Below the pieces are notes generated by a model that was not told the origin of the DNA, made no database searches, and saw nothing but the letters and a program-made list of their open reading frames with translations. Made by a program: the position numbers and the translations under genes. DNA of 63,787 nt, the filler included, from Octopus bimaculoides (lineage: Eukaryota): NCBI RefSeq assembly GCF_001194135.2. It is 8 parts of 8 records of this genome, joined end to end, with 100 filler letters (N's around TTAATTAATTAA, not from the genome) between each part and the next. Parts side by side here need not be neighbours in the genome. Positions count along the whole stretch, not along the records: positions 1 to 15,284 come from NC_068984.1; 7 more parts are not named here. One strand, written 5' to 3'. Shown here piece by piece: positions 1-11,832 of the stretch (its first letter is position 1; each line of letters opens with the position of its first letter).

Positions 1-35
<35 letters not shown>

Positions 36-529
36 CGCGTTTGGATTTGGTTTACAAGATTCTTTGTGAATTTGTGTGTTGAAATATATTCTGTTGTGTC
101 TGGGGAGAGTCATTTTCTTTTTGTGCTTTATAATTTAACACACTCACCGGTAAAATTTCCACTTATTCTTTATTTTTATTTTCCTAAAATTTTGTTGCGT
201 CTTGCAACCTTTTCAATAATCTTGACACAGTCCGTTATTTACACTGCGTTCCTTTTTGTTTGTCTGTGCGCATGCGTGTGGGTCAGTGTCTGTGTGTGTG
301 TGCCTATGCATGCATGCATGCATGTATTTATGTATGTATGTTTGTATGCATGTGTGTGTATGTATATATGTGTGTGTATGGTTTCAACTGCCTTTGGATG
401 GCATAGTAAATAATGATTTCTTTGCAGAAGAATATTTGTCTTCCTTATGCAAGCAGATGGAAGATATATTATTAAATCATACGGCTATGTATTTGAATAG
501 ACCTCCTTGGATATTCAAGTCAAATGTGT

Positions 530-1075
530 GGAAGTTGTCTGAGAGAAATTTACTTCACTAGTGTCAATTAATTACTATCTCTGACGTCCTGTTAAGTTCT
601 ATCGGTGAGGTTGTTTTAATAGCTTAGGCGATAACTATACTTTCTTGACCCTGGAGGTTTAATTTGGCTTTATCGATGATGCTCTATATTACTGGAGGGC
701 ATTCTGTATCTCAATCCATGAGTTCCTGGATGAATTGTGACAAAGGTGTGAAGTTTCTTAAGTCTCTTCACCCGAATGTGTGGAGATGTAGGAAATAACG
801 ATTTTAGAAATATCATAGATGCCCGATATTACTATTTTACGAAAACGGAATCTATATGGGCAGGTGGGAAGATTTCAAAAGTTTCACACTGGCTGTTAAG
901 ATGTTTTCAGTCACAACTTTTAATTTAGAAAGCGATGTTGTTTAAGCAGGTATAGTTGATCTTAACTTTCTGTCTAAAAGTTCGTAATATTTGTATACCG
1001 ATGAGAAATGTTCTTTTAGCAGAGCTAGGAAATCTGTAATTACAATATGTTACATGAGTTGAACAACAACCATGT
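530..1075 (-). mobile_element. Penelope-like retroelement, decayed C-terminal (linker + GIY-YIG region) fragment
   Basis: Manual minus-strand translation across stops and frameshifts gives FLALLKEHF, RQKVKINYTCLNNI, FTPLSQFIQELMD, *SIIDKAK and LNRTSEIV. These match the recalled PLE C-terminal consensus order FLKLIDKHF / VKVSYSCMPNI / TELSKYIWELK / WSILDKAK / LNKRSELI. Confidence 0.7.
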
Positions 1076-2247
1076 AGGCCAGTTCATCAATATTTAAAAT
1101 TCACCAGATGAATGGGAATCGCCCTAATTTTTGAGCATGTATCTTCAATGATTCATTATATATTACTTGATCGATCGTACGTGTTTCCTCACGTGTGTGA
1201 AAATCTGGCAAGTGACTCGTCAACTGATTGTACACACACACACACATACATAGATAATTCATAATTTTATACCATGTATCTTTCTCAATTTATAAATATA
1301 TATATATATATAAACACACAAATATATTAATATTTGTACACGCACACGTGTACATTAATGTATATTATTATTTATATGTATATTATATGTATGTACATTA
1401 TTTATATGTATATCATTATATGTATATTATCATTTATATACGTGTATGCATGCGTATATATTTGGAATCAAATACCAGTAATACTTGTAGTGACAGTGTG
1501 TATACAGGAACTGCTGATTTTTTACTGGTCAAAGCTATCCTACATTCTACTAATTTTTCCACCCGCTTTAACATATGGAAGAAAACATCATAATTATTTC
1601 GACACTGAAATGATAGAATCGGATTTAGAAGCTATACATACGTCAAAAATTATGCATAGAAGAAAAACTATTGAAAGAAAACACTGCTCACTCTTCAGCT
1701 GATATGAAATTTTTTAAAACTTTATAAAAGCTACAAGTGAACCTGTGGTTCCTGATGGAGTTCTTACATGGACGCGTGGCTTATTATAATTAGAATCCAA
1801 GTATCACTTTAGCTTCATGGGTGAAAAAAAATTAAGGATATATTATATCTATAAAAAAAAAAATGCAAGATCATTGCAGCTAGGCCTTTGAGAACAAGGT
1901 TAATATAGAGTTGGATAAGAATAATTTTACGTTAGAAGTGAGAAAAATAATGACAAGGACAACAATGATACCACTACCTACAACAACAACCACAGCAACA
2001 ACATCAAAAACGAAAGCAGCAACAACAAAAGAAAAACTACCAAACAAATAGCCTCTACGTGGTCGCTCAAGCTGATAGAAACAGTTTTTTAATTTTCCCA
2101 AATAACATCCTACAGTCTTAAAATAGGGTGATCATATATCCTTTAGTCCTAAATTCTCTATGAACAGGACAAAATGGAAATACTGCAATCATACTATTAT
2201 ACAATTATTGCTTAACTGGGGCGAAACAAAAACATTAATAATAATAT

Positions 2248-2372
2248 TTCTTTCTAGTATAAGCGAAAGGCTTGAAATTTTCGTTGTGGGGCAAATTAAC
2301 TGCATCCACCCAAGTGCTCAGCTAGTGTTTATTTTAACAACTTCGAAAGGATGAAAAGTAAAGTCGACCTCG
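2248..2372 (-). mobile_element. SINE-B (tRNA-derived), 3' portion
   Basis: Shares GAAAGGATGAAA..AAAGTCGACCTCG and the TTTCTA..A..AGGC..GAAATTT tail with copies at 2472-2616 and 57577-57712. Confidence 0.75.
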
Positions 2373-2471
2373 TTGACAGAATCAACAACAACAATAATAA
2401 TAAAAGACAGAATCAATAATAACAATAATAATGATGATAATGCTGATGAAGATAACGATAATAGTAATAAC

Positions 2472-2616
2472 CCTTTCTACTAAAGGAACAATGCCTGAAA
2501 TTTAGGGCGAAAGTCAAAGTCGACCTCGGCGAAATTTGAACTCAGAACTTAAGGACAGGCGAAATGCCGCTAAGCATCTTGCTCAGCGCGCTAACGATTT
2601 TGCCAGTTCACCACCT
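2472..2616 (-). mobile_element. SINE-B (tRNA-derived), internally deleted copy with head
   Basis: The minus strand reads GGTGGTGAACTGGCAAAATCGTTAG...TTCTGAGTTCAAATTTCGCCGAGGTCGACTTTG, with a Pol III B-box (GAGTTCAAAT). Confidence 0.8.
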
Positions 2617-2620
2617 TAAC

Positions 2621-2683
<63 letters not shown>
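2621..2683. repeat. (AAT)n followed by (ATT)n; palindromic microsatellite
   Basis: Direct reading; the centre of symmetry is near 2652/2653. Confidence 0.9.
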
Positions 2684-2684
<1 letters not shown>

Positions 2685-2686
2685 AT

Positions 2687-3251
2687 AAATGCCCGGATGC
2701 AGTACCAGGCAGTGGCTCTCGTGGCTTCTGATCTTAATTGATTGGAAGTGTTATCATGTACATTGTTTAGCCTTGGTATAAAAGATGGGCTACAGCAAAT
2801 ATTCTGCTTAGTACCACAGACTTGCTTGTCAGTTGTTTGACCTTAACCAGTTGAGCATGTCCCTTGGTAGCTGACGATATGTGCATCTCTGATCATGAGC
2901 AGAAGTAGTGGGAGGGGGGCATCATAGCCATGTGTTGAGAGGAATTCTTTGGGGTTTGAATAATTCACCTTTGGAAACATCGGTGTTTTGCTCAACATCC
3001 TTAAACAAACCTTTTTTAGGGACCTTTTGAGCGAGATGGGCTACTCGACCTGAAGAAAATTCAAACTGGGCCCCACCTGTGAGGTCATGCACTGTTTATC
3101 TTGATATGAGATCACCATGTCGCGCACATATGGTTGTGATGCATGTTCCTGGTGTACCCTTATCAGACGGGTAGTCATGATGGGTATACAGGGCTTCGTA
3201 TATTTTACCCCAGTGTCACTTTGATGGTATGCGCTGCTCTCTCACACACTC
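2687..3251 (+). mobile_element. Interspersed repeat, copy 1 of a tandem pair, ending in an (AAT)n tail; probably a non-coding retroelement piece
   Basis: About 560 bp, colinear with 3351-3843 (e.g. GCTTCTGATCTTAA.TGATTGGAAGTG, CCAGTTGAGCATG/CTAGTTGAGCATG, GTAGTCATGATGGGTATA). Both copies end GCTGCTCTCTCAC..AATAAT. Confidence 0.7.
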
Positions 3252-3311
3252 AATAATAATAATAATGATAATAATAATAATAATAGTAGTAGTAGTAGTA
3301 GNNNNNNNNNN

Positions 3312-3350
<39 letters not shown>

Positions 3351-3351
<1 letters not shown>

Positions 3352-3843
3352 AATGCCTTGATGCAATGGCTCGCATAGCTTCTGATCTTAACTGATTGGA
3401 AGTGCTATCATAAAGATGGACTACAACTAATATTCTGCTCAATACCGCAGATTTGCTTCGCACTTGCTTGACCTTAACTAGTTGAGCATGACCGTTAGTA
3501 GCTGACGATGTGTGCATTTCTGATCACGAGCAGAAGCAGAGGGGAGGGCATCATATTGAGAGGAATTCTCTGGGAACTGAATTATTTTCACCTCTGGAAA
3601 CACGGGTGTTTCGTTCATCATCCTTAAACAACCCTTATTCAGGGATCTTTTGAGCGGGATGAACTACCCGACCTGAAGTAAATACTAACTGCACCCCGCC
3701 CCCTGCAAGGTCATGCACTGTTTATCTTGATATTAGGTCAATACCCTCAATGCCCTTATGAGACGAGTAGTCATGATGGGTATATTGAGCTTCATATATT
3801 TGTACCTAAGAGTCATTTGATGGCATGCGCTGCTCTCTCACCC
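3351..3843 (+). mobile_element. Interspersed repeat, copy 2 (more deleted) of the 2687-3251 element
   Basis: Colinear with copy 1 and carries several internal deletions. Separated from copy 1 by (AAT)n/(AGT)n and a 10-N gap. Confidence 0.7.
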
Positions 3844-3944
3844 AATAATACTAATAATGATAAATGATAATTGCACATCATAAGAGAATGACATGAATTT
3901 GTGAGGAGAACAACAAATATGAAGAAATAAAATCATCGGTTTTG

Positions 3945-4245
3945 ATCATCAGCCTACTCGATCGGGGTTGACATACGGTTAAATAATAACAACAATAATG
4001 ATTGCATCAAAATGAAATAGTAAAACAATGAACAAAGGATGTGATCAATATACGGACAATAAACTTGCTAGAAATAGCAGCAAAATATTTTAGAAGTAAA
4101 TTCTCGTCTTAAAAAGAAAGACGATATTGATCAGTGTATTCCTCAACAAACCAAGGTAAGAAGGCCACAATCGGAATACTTTTGATCATAATGCAATTCA
4201 ATCCGATAGATATGGGGTCTAAACAAGAAGTAAACAACAACAACA
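3945..4245 (+). mobile_element. Repeat family D (SINE-like), degenerate
   Basis: The motifs GAAATAGCAGC.AAAT and TTTGATCATA...CTAAAC recur at 20935-21170 and, in reverse, at 23380-23460 and 35790-35935. Confidence 0.5.
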
Positions 4246-4920
4246 TAAGCAAACAAGCATGTTTTTTTTTTCTTTTCATTAGTACCTGAAATCCATGTAG
4301 GTCACTCTAATATTCACCTGGAGACACTGTAACTCAAGAGAAGATATATTGGATATGATTTATAGCACATGAATTGCCTAAAACAGCAATTTACACGATA
4401 ACGTGATCCTTTATTAAGGCGACCAAATATCATTATTCATAAGCAAGTTGACAGGTGTACCGATATAACGTCCAGTATTTTTTTTTTTTACAATGAATCA
4501 TATGTTTATTTATTTTATTTATTTATTTTTTATTCGTTCTCTTTTTGTAGAATATTAACCCAACAGAAATTTCCTAAAACTGCAATTACGCCATTTTTGA
4601 AATATTAATTTTCATGTATTTATTTTGTTTACTGACAAGGTATAACTACAAAAATAATAAATTATCTTCTGTTGTTTTAATTATGAGGTCAGACTTGGAA
4701 AATGAAATTTAATCAGCAATAATTTTCAAGGACATTTTTGTCTGCGACGTCATTTTAAAATTGAAAATACTGATTTATCCCTCTGTCTATCTTATTCCCA
4801 TATAGTCTAGATTTTAATAGCAATAATTTAAATTGCTCGACCGTTCATTTGTATACATTTACACACGTGCATGTTTATACATACATACATACATACATAC
4901 ATGTATTTATATATATATAT

Positions 4921-5130
4921 ATTACTCTTTACTCTTTTACTTGTTTCAGTCATTTGACTGTGGCCATGCTTGAGCACCGCCTTTAGTCGAGCAAATCGCC
5001 CCCAGAACTTATTCTTTGAATGCCTAGTACTTATTCTATCAGTCTCTTTTGCCGAACCGCTAAGTTATGGGGACGTAAATACACCAGCATCGGTTGTCAA
5101 GCGATGTTGGGGGGACAAACACAGACACAC
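4921..5130 (-). mobile_element. SINE-A, 3' half (5' half lost in gap)
   Basis: Reverse complement of the 3' half of the full copy at 7714-8090. Confidence 0.9.
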
Positions 5131-5161
<31 letters not shown>

Positions 5162-5483
5162 NNNNNNNNNNNNNNNNNNNNNNNNNNNNNNNNNNNNNNN
5201 NNNNNNNNNNNNNNNNNNNNNNNNNNNNNNNNNNNNNNNNNNNNNNNNNNNNNNNNNNNNNNNNNNNNNNNNNNNNNNNNNNNNNNNNNNNNNNNNNNNN
5301 NNNNNNNNNNNNNNNNNNNNNNNNNNNNNNNNNNNNNNNNNNNNNNNNNNNNNNNNNNNNNNNNNNNNNNNNNTCCATTTATTCATTGTACATTCTGTGG
5401 TGTTCTCACCACATGAATAAATGGAGCTTGTACGAAACGTACGTACTGCTATAACCTATCGAATTTGTGTTGCTTATCTTCAA

Positions 5484-5514
<31 letters not shown>

Positions 5515-5699
5515 CCACCCTTTGCAAATATAGACAGGGCACAGATGTGTGTCGATAGCCAGCTGGAGGAGATGTTCTCCTGGGGCTAAAAGCAACAGTA
5601 ACATCCACCCTTAGGGGTCAGCCACATTTAAGTGGCAAATATACTTCACTTTGTCGAGCAGTTACTGTTAATACCTCGTTCAGAGGAGATTATGAGAAT

Positions 5700-5873
5700 A
5701 CCACAGCAGAACACCATAACATTCCAGAGGTGTTACCAACTTTGACAACATTAGCAAAGCCGAAAAGTGTGTGAAATTCTAATGAGAGCATTTTGAAAGT
5801 GATTAAATAAAATTTGTGAAATGTATAATTTTTTTATGCCCAAATGTCGCATACTTTTTGAACGCACCTCGTA
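5700..5873 (+). mobile_element. Mariner-type transposon 3' end (transposase C-terminus + right TIR + TA)
   Basis: AAG TGT GTG AAA...GAG CAT TTT GAA AGT GAT TAA resembles KCV..nGeyFEgD*. It is followed by GTCGCATACTTTTTGAACGCACCTCG-TA, the reverse of a TA-CGAGGTGCGTTCAAAAAG mariner-like TIR. Confidence 0.6.
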
Positions 5874-6771
5874 ATATTAATGTTTATTTTTATGTTCAGT
5901 TATAATACAAACAATGGGTTACTCTATAGTTTTGTAGAGTATAATATTTTTATTTTTAAACAAGAATATTACTAACAGTATCTTCCAAATTTCGTCCACT
6001 TAAGCCATCGCCGGACCGGAATGAATTGGAATTATTGTTGCCTTTATATAATCTCAGTGGGCGCTTGCTTTAGAGATATTTGCTTTGACCAAATAGTTCG
6101 GAGGCAAGCGCCCAATGATGTGTTATGGAGGAGGGTGGATCATCATTTGAACTGGTTTTATAGAAATCATACTGGTTGTCATTAAGCTAAGAGAGATAAG
6201 CAAATTGTCGGAGGACTTTATTTTAATTACTCCTTCTTTACCTTAGAATAAGATTCTGAGAACAACACAGCTTCAAATGATAATTGCAGTAAAATAAGAA
6301 TCTGCTATTCTAACATTAAAGACTTGGCAACGACTTCCTGGGTTTGGCCGCTAAGTTTACATCCGTAATTACACCACCACTTAGAGCCTACACTAAGAAA
6401 TGTAAGACTACAACTAATACCTGTGTGTTCTCTGATAAGATAAATGACCACTATGAAGTAGATAATACCAAATGCAAGTGGTTCCTTAACAAGAATACCA
6501 ATAAAAATTATAGAATGACTACTATACACAGCTAAAAACATAGAAACTGAGGCATGTGCCATAGCTCAAAAAGGGAAATTGGAAAACAGAGAAGAATGTT
6601 AAGCGAAAGGTATGTTGCAGAATTAAGAATCACAGCAACGACTTTGACACTAATTTAAAGCGTGAAATAATAAGCTCAGCTAAGACAAAGAACAATTCAT
6701 ACAATGTTAGGAAGGCGTGAAGATTCTAATAATGGAGCAAAAGTAACCCAGTAATTATCTGTTTAATAATG

Positions 6772-6927
6772 ATTTCAAATTTTGGCACAAGGCCAGCAAT
6801 TTTGGGGGAGAGGTTAAGTCCGTTACATTGAATCCAGTACTTATTTTTTAGAACTCAGAACGTAAAGACGGACTAAATGTCGATAAACATTTTGCCCGGC
6901 GTGATAACGATTCTACTAGCTCACTGC
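6772..6927 (-). mobile_element. SINE-B, degenerate, inserted in the Penelope element
   Basis: GGCACAAGGCCAG.AATTTTGGGGGAG...GAACTCAGAACGTAAAGACGGAC...TTTGCCCGGCGTGATAACG matches other SINE-B copies. Confidence 0.75.
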
Positions 6928-7713
6928 AAAGAAACTGAACTCCAGATTCATTCAGCTCGTCATAGTTTATTTCTACTCGTCAGTAACACATTTTTTTTTT
7001 TACTTAATCAGGTGATAAGCTTTGCTATATAATGCTATAGATTAAATAGGCTTAGAAATTATCTTGCTCGCTTGACGGATTTCACTCTTTGATAGGAGCT
7101 CAACTTTATAGAAGTGAACTTAGCGACAAAATCTAGCAGGTCGTTGCCAAGTCTTTAAACTTACGTACATTTGACGTCATTATAGACTAATACTACAGTG
7201 CAAAAGCTTTTGACCTGCTCGGCCTATACTTATTCTATATATTGAAATATAAATCCACCAACTCGAAAAAATTAGATGACGCAGGGATAACGGCTTGGTA
7301 GTTAGACCACACACCACTGGACAAGTGTTAGATATATTTAGGAAGGATTTCCTTAGCACCTTGGCCTGAAAATTACTTTAAGCAAAACTCCCAAATTATA
7401 GATTTCTAAGAAGTCACCCTTAAATCAGGCAGTAGCATATATAAGTACTTCAGGAAACCCATTCGAAAAATAACTTATAACACAAAAATCTTGTCACCCG
7501 TAGCTTAATAAACTTTAGCTAATAATGTTAGCTGAACAATTTTTAGTTCATCTTTAAACAAATAAACCTTCGATGAAATGGCCTCATATTACGATTGTGC
7601 CTTAGCAAACAGCCAAATTCCAGAACAAAGAACATAATCCAGGACTAAGGACATGCTCCAGAATATTATCTCGTTTACATACCTGCAGTTATTGATCTTG
7701 ATAATGTACATAA

Positions 7714-7842
7714 CGCTGGAGTGGCTGCGTGGTAAGAAGCTTGCTACCCAACCACATGGTTCTGAGTTCAGTCTTCTATCGCCTCGGGCCGACCAAAGCC
7801 TTGTGAGTGGATTTGGTAGACGGAAACTGAAAGAAGCCCGTC

Positions 7843-7876
<34 letters not shown>

Positions 7877-8090
7877 TTGTGTTTGTCTGGTGTTTGTTCC
7901 CCCTACCATCGCTTGATAACCGATTCTTGTGTGTTTACGTACCCGTTACCTAGCGGTTCGGCCAAAAGAGCCTGACTGAATAAGTACTAGGCTTACAAAG
8001 AATAAGTCCTGGGGTCGATTTGTTCGACTAAAGGTGGTGCTCCAGCATGGCCGCAGTCAAAAGACTGAAACAAGTAAAAGAATAAAAGAA
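7714..8090 (+). mobile_element. SINE-A, full length (tRNA-like head, conserved core, central (TA)/(TG)n, LINE-like tail)
   Basis: Head GGAGTGGCTGCGTGGTAAG...GAGTTCAGTC (A/B-box-like); core GGCCGACCAAAGCCTTGTGAGTGGATTTGGTAGACGGAAACTGAAAGAAGCCCG; tail GGTGCTCCAGCATGGCCGCAG...CAAGTAAAAGAATAAAAGAA. About ten related copies occur in the window. Confidence 0.9.
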
Positions 8091-10308
8091 TCGCTAAAAG
8101 CTTTCTAGTACAAATAAATAAATATCTTCCTGTCCGTAAATATAGCTGAACAGTTTCCAAGCGGAGCTGTTTGAAACTGCCGACGGAGGCCCATTCAATC
8201 TACCTTGTAACCGAGACTTAGTTGCGCACAGAGCTGAAATTATTTCTAAAAACTCAAGCAAACTAGTCAATAATACGCAATACATGACAAAGCCCAAGTA
8301 GTCAACCACACCACTTCCTTTACATATATTGTTGTGAGAAAAACTACAACTTGTCAAATTGTCAAATTAAATGGAAAACAGTAAAATGGAGCAGACCGTT
8401 CAAAAACGGCAAGAAAAAATGTCATATGTGCATAGCAGAGGAGAGAAACATAAAATAGCTCACCAAAGTATTATAACGCAAGATCAGAGATTTTCACTAG
8501 AGGTCACCATTTCAATAAGCTTCCTTTCAAATTTCCGTTGACCATTTCACCATCACTTTAAACCTGGTCCGGCTGAAACAACAAACCTGCAATTTCATGT
8601 AACTATATTCGTTACTAATGCTTATTGCTGAAGACGAAACCTTATGAATCATAGAATATCACGTTGAATAGATCTGAATTGTTTCCTTATAAAACTGCCA
8701 TTACCTTTTTTTTATCATTTGTTCTTTGTGAGAATCATTACCGTTTTTTTTTTTTATTAATATAAAGTGTTGATTATATAAAGCATTGAAATTGAAAAAG
8801 AAGCTCACCCAACGAAAACAAACTCACTAACTTAGAAGCCAATTATTTCCCTCTACACAAACTTCTGCAAAAAGGCGGATAAATCCTTCACAAATGTTCA
8901 ATTACTTGACTACACGCATGTATATTTATGGTTTAAAAATACTTCGGTCTTTCAGTGAAAAAAACAGACAAGAGATATGTCAAATAGTTGGTAAAACACT
9001 GAGTAACGACAATATTTGTTCTGCAGATTATATAAATCTTCAATGTAGTATTGAGGTCACACTCCTTGACTCAAGTAACTCATATGGAATTATAAANNNN
9101 NNNNNNNNNNNNNNNNNNNNNNNNNNNNNNNNNNNNNNNNNNNNNNNNNNNNNNNNNNNNNNNNNNNNNNNNNNNNNNNNNNNNNNNNNNNNNNNNNNNN
9201 NNNNNNNNNNNNNNNNNNNNNNNNNNNNNNNNNNNNNNNNATATATACGCATACGTGTGTGCGTGCGCATGTGTGTTGATATATATTTATATATAGACAA
9301 ATATATATGTACATATAAATATAGACATTTACACACACACACACACAGACACACACTCACAAATATACATGTACATATCTTAGACAATAATCATAATGCC
9401 ACACGTATATTTTATGTCAGCATTCTCTTCTTTCATTGACTGACTGGAATATTTGAATATATGTATCTCTCCGCCCCCTCTCTCTCTATCTATATCTCTA
9501 TCTATCTATTTATCTATCTCACTTGCTGACTCTATGTCACTCAAAACACATAAATGCACATACATACACGTGCTGGCACATTTATGCATAAATGTATGTC
9601 TGTTTGCATGTGTATATTTATTTGTGCTTGTACATAGATATGCACATAAGTATATGCACATATATGTATCTTTCCTTTCCCGAGCGTCCAATAACACTAT
9701 CCGTATCACGTCCTCACCTTTTTGTTATTGTTTTTTGTGTTTTTTTTTTAACTTATATATATACATATATACATACACACACACACACACACATATATAT
9801 GTATATGTATATATACATGCATATATACATAAATATATGTATAAAGATTTATATATAAATACATTTATATATGTATGTATATATATACATATATATACAT
9901 ATGTATATATATACATGTATATACATATATGCATGTATATATATACATGCATATATACATTGGCTGGCTAATTCCTGCAGAGCTCACAACTCTTTGCATC
10001 ACAGAAGCCAAGGGAATCAGGTTGATTGTGGAGGGATCAGGGTTTATTGTGAATCAGGAGATACGAGCCCTGCAATGGGTCATGTTGGTCAACCCCGGCT
10101 AGATCACCTGGTTGAGGGTTTCTGATGGTGTAAGACTCAAAACACCTAACGGCCCCAGGAAACATCACTGATCATGTGTCAAGGGACATCACAGGGTGAT
10201 GTATGGAAACGCTCACACACGCGCTCGCGCGCGCGCATGCACATGTACTCACACAAACATACTCACGCACGAATACACACATACACACGCACGAACACAC
10301 ACACACAC

Positions 10309-10339
<31 letters not shown>

Positions 10340-10454
10340 TACAATTTCATGATCTTCAGTTTTGGTCCATGAGAACATCCGAGATGCAATCCAGGGAGTG
10401 AGAATGGGCTGTACATTGAATGAAGACAGGGCTGGTACACATCTCCTGCAACGA

Positions 10455-10552
10455 AAAATGAAAAGCCTTGCTCAAGGACACCTACCAGCCTGGAATCGAA
10501 CCCATAATATTAATACCGTGAGACAAATAATCAGGCCACGTTCCTTCACAGG
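10455..10552 (-). mobile_element. SINE-C head fragment
   Basis: CTTGCTCAAGGACAC...GGAATCGAACCC...GGCCACGTTCCTTCAC matches 61680-61792. Confidence 0.65.
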
Positions 10553-10670
10553 TATTCTTTTATTCTTTTATTTGTTCCACACATTTGACTGCGGTCACGC
10601 TGGAGCACCGCCTTTAGTCGAACAGATCGACCCCAGGACTTATTCCTTGTAAGCCTAGTTCTTATTCCCT
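10553..10670 (-). mobile_element. SINE-A 3' tail fragment
   Basis: CATTTGACTGCGGTCACGCTGGAGCACCGCCTTTAGTCGAACAGATCGACCCCAGGACTTATTC. Confidence 0.85.
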
Positions 10671-10999
10671 TGTCTCCTTTACCAGAAGTAAAAAAAAAAA
10701 ATGTTGAAACGAAGCAGTGTTTAGCCCGTGGAATGTGAGATATTTCAGCACATACTATTTTGTACGAATTGCTGAATGTGTCGAATAGAGGAGGTAAGAC
10801 AAAATCTAGGAGGTGGTGCTTTAGAATCTTACCTCGAATCGTTGTAAATAACCACAGAAGATGAGCTGATCTATAAAATATTTGAGCTGATCTATAAAAT
10901 GAAACATCAAATTATGCAAATATTTTCATCAAAGAGGTTGTTGACGTCAAAAGTAAACAAAAGTTGACCCTACCTACACCACAACAGTTTGTTATACAT

Positions 11000-11832
11000 T
11001 TTCGTCACGAAATGTGCCATATAATTTTAATATTGAAAAAATGCCGACTTGTATAATATTTTCTATCTCTCAAGTTTAAACAAGATCCATTTCAAGTGTT
11101 GTGGCAGTTACCTTCCTTCTTGGTAGGTACATACACAGAATTAAAACAATGGATGTACGAGTCTGCTTTTAAAGTTGAGTTAGAAATCTCAGTTGAGCAC
11201 CCTTCCAATCATTAAAATTTGAATTAACACATTTCCAGTAAGCGTTCATTCTAATTCTTATCTGGTTGTATTTTATTTCCACGATAGTTTTATTTGTTCT
11301 TAGTTTCATTAACTTCGTCCTATCCACATACTCCACATAATTGTCAAAGATGACAACATTATTTGTGAACCATCGGTTTCATTCATGAGTCATTTCAAGT
11401 GTCCGATTAATAATCATCACCATCACTTTCAGTATTACTGTCCGATCCTACTCTGTCAAAGAAATCACTTTCGCTAAGTTCATTGTCACTATCAGGGTCA
11501 GAATCTGATGCGCAAGTTTCATCTTCAAGTTCTTCCAGAATATCCAGCAACTGACAGGACATCACTTCACCCTCTGTCCAATTTGGCTTCATGATTCCAG
11601 CTTCCATTGTCCATCTATGTACTTCTGGTCGATGACCTGAAGACTTTGCAATGTTCGCGAGCTTCCATATCCTGGTCTGGAAGTTGCTTCACCGAACAGG
11701 TTGCTCGAGAAATTTTCTACATCGGGTCAGTGATGCGAGAGCGAATTGCTTAGATTTTATGAAATGAAAATACACATTAAAGTAAATCACAAGGGGCGGG
11801 GTACACCATGACCCCCACTAGCCCACGGCCTA
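11000..11832 (-). mobile_element. Possible piggyBac-like DNA transposon remnant (5' end with acidic N-terminal ORF)
   Basis: ORF 11407-11607 (LLDILEELEDE..SDSDPDSDNELSESD) resembles acidic piggyBac N-termini. The semi-palindrome GGGGTACACCATGACCCC lies near 11797-11815. No DDD core or TTAA end is seen. Confidence 0.3.

Larger units (their letters stand above)
6150..8720 (+). mobile_element. Near full-length decayed Penelope-like retroelement (N-terminal region, RT, GIY-YIG, 3' UTR), interrupted by two SINEs
   Basis: Motifs occur in the expected order: VFSDKINDHYEVD (~6420); IKNHSNDFDTNLKREIISSAK (~6620); FDVIID*YYSAKAFDLLGLYL (7170, cf. [22 protein letters not shown]); RDNGLVV (7283, cf. YRDDGL); LGLKIT..IDF*EVTL; TFDEMASYYDCALANS; QNIISF; then after SINE-A, IKWKTVKWSRPFKNGKKKCHMCIAE and YNARSEIF. 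Multiple stops and frameshifts. Ends are approximate. Confidence 0.85.

Noticed and set aside
5982-6025. Possible Penelope pseudo-LTR similarity to 8523-8578
   Set aside because: The alignment needs several gaps over ~50 bp and is not distinguishable from chance by eye.
8628-8665. CTGAAGA...GAATATC hammerhead-like motif in the Penelope 3' UTR (similar remnants at 427-455 on the minus strand and 16053-16067)
   Set aside because: The position is appropriate, but the stems or the GAAA are lost. Too decayed to call as ribozymes.
9961-10200. GC-richer island between (TA)n and (CA)n tracts
   Set aside because: Stops or unrecognisable peptides in all frames checked, and no clear splice-site pair.
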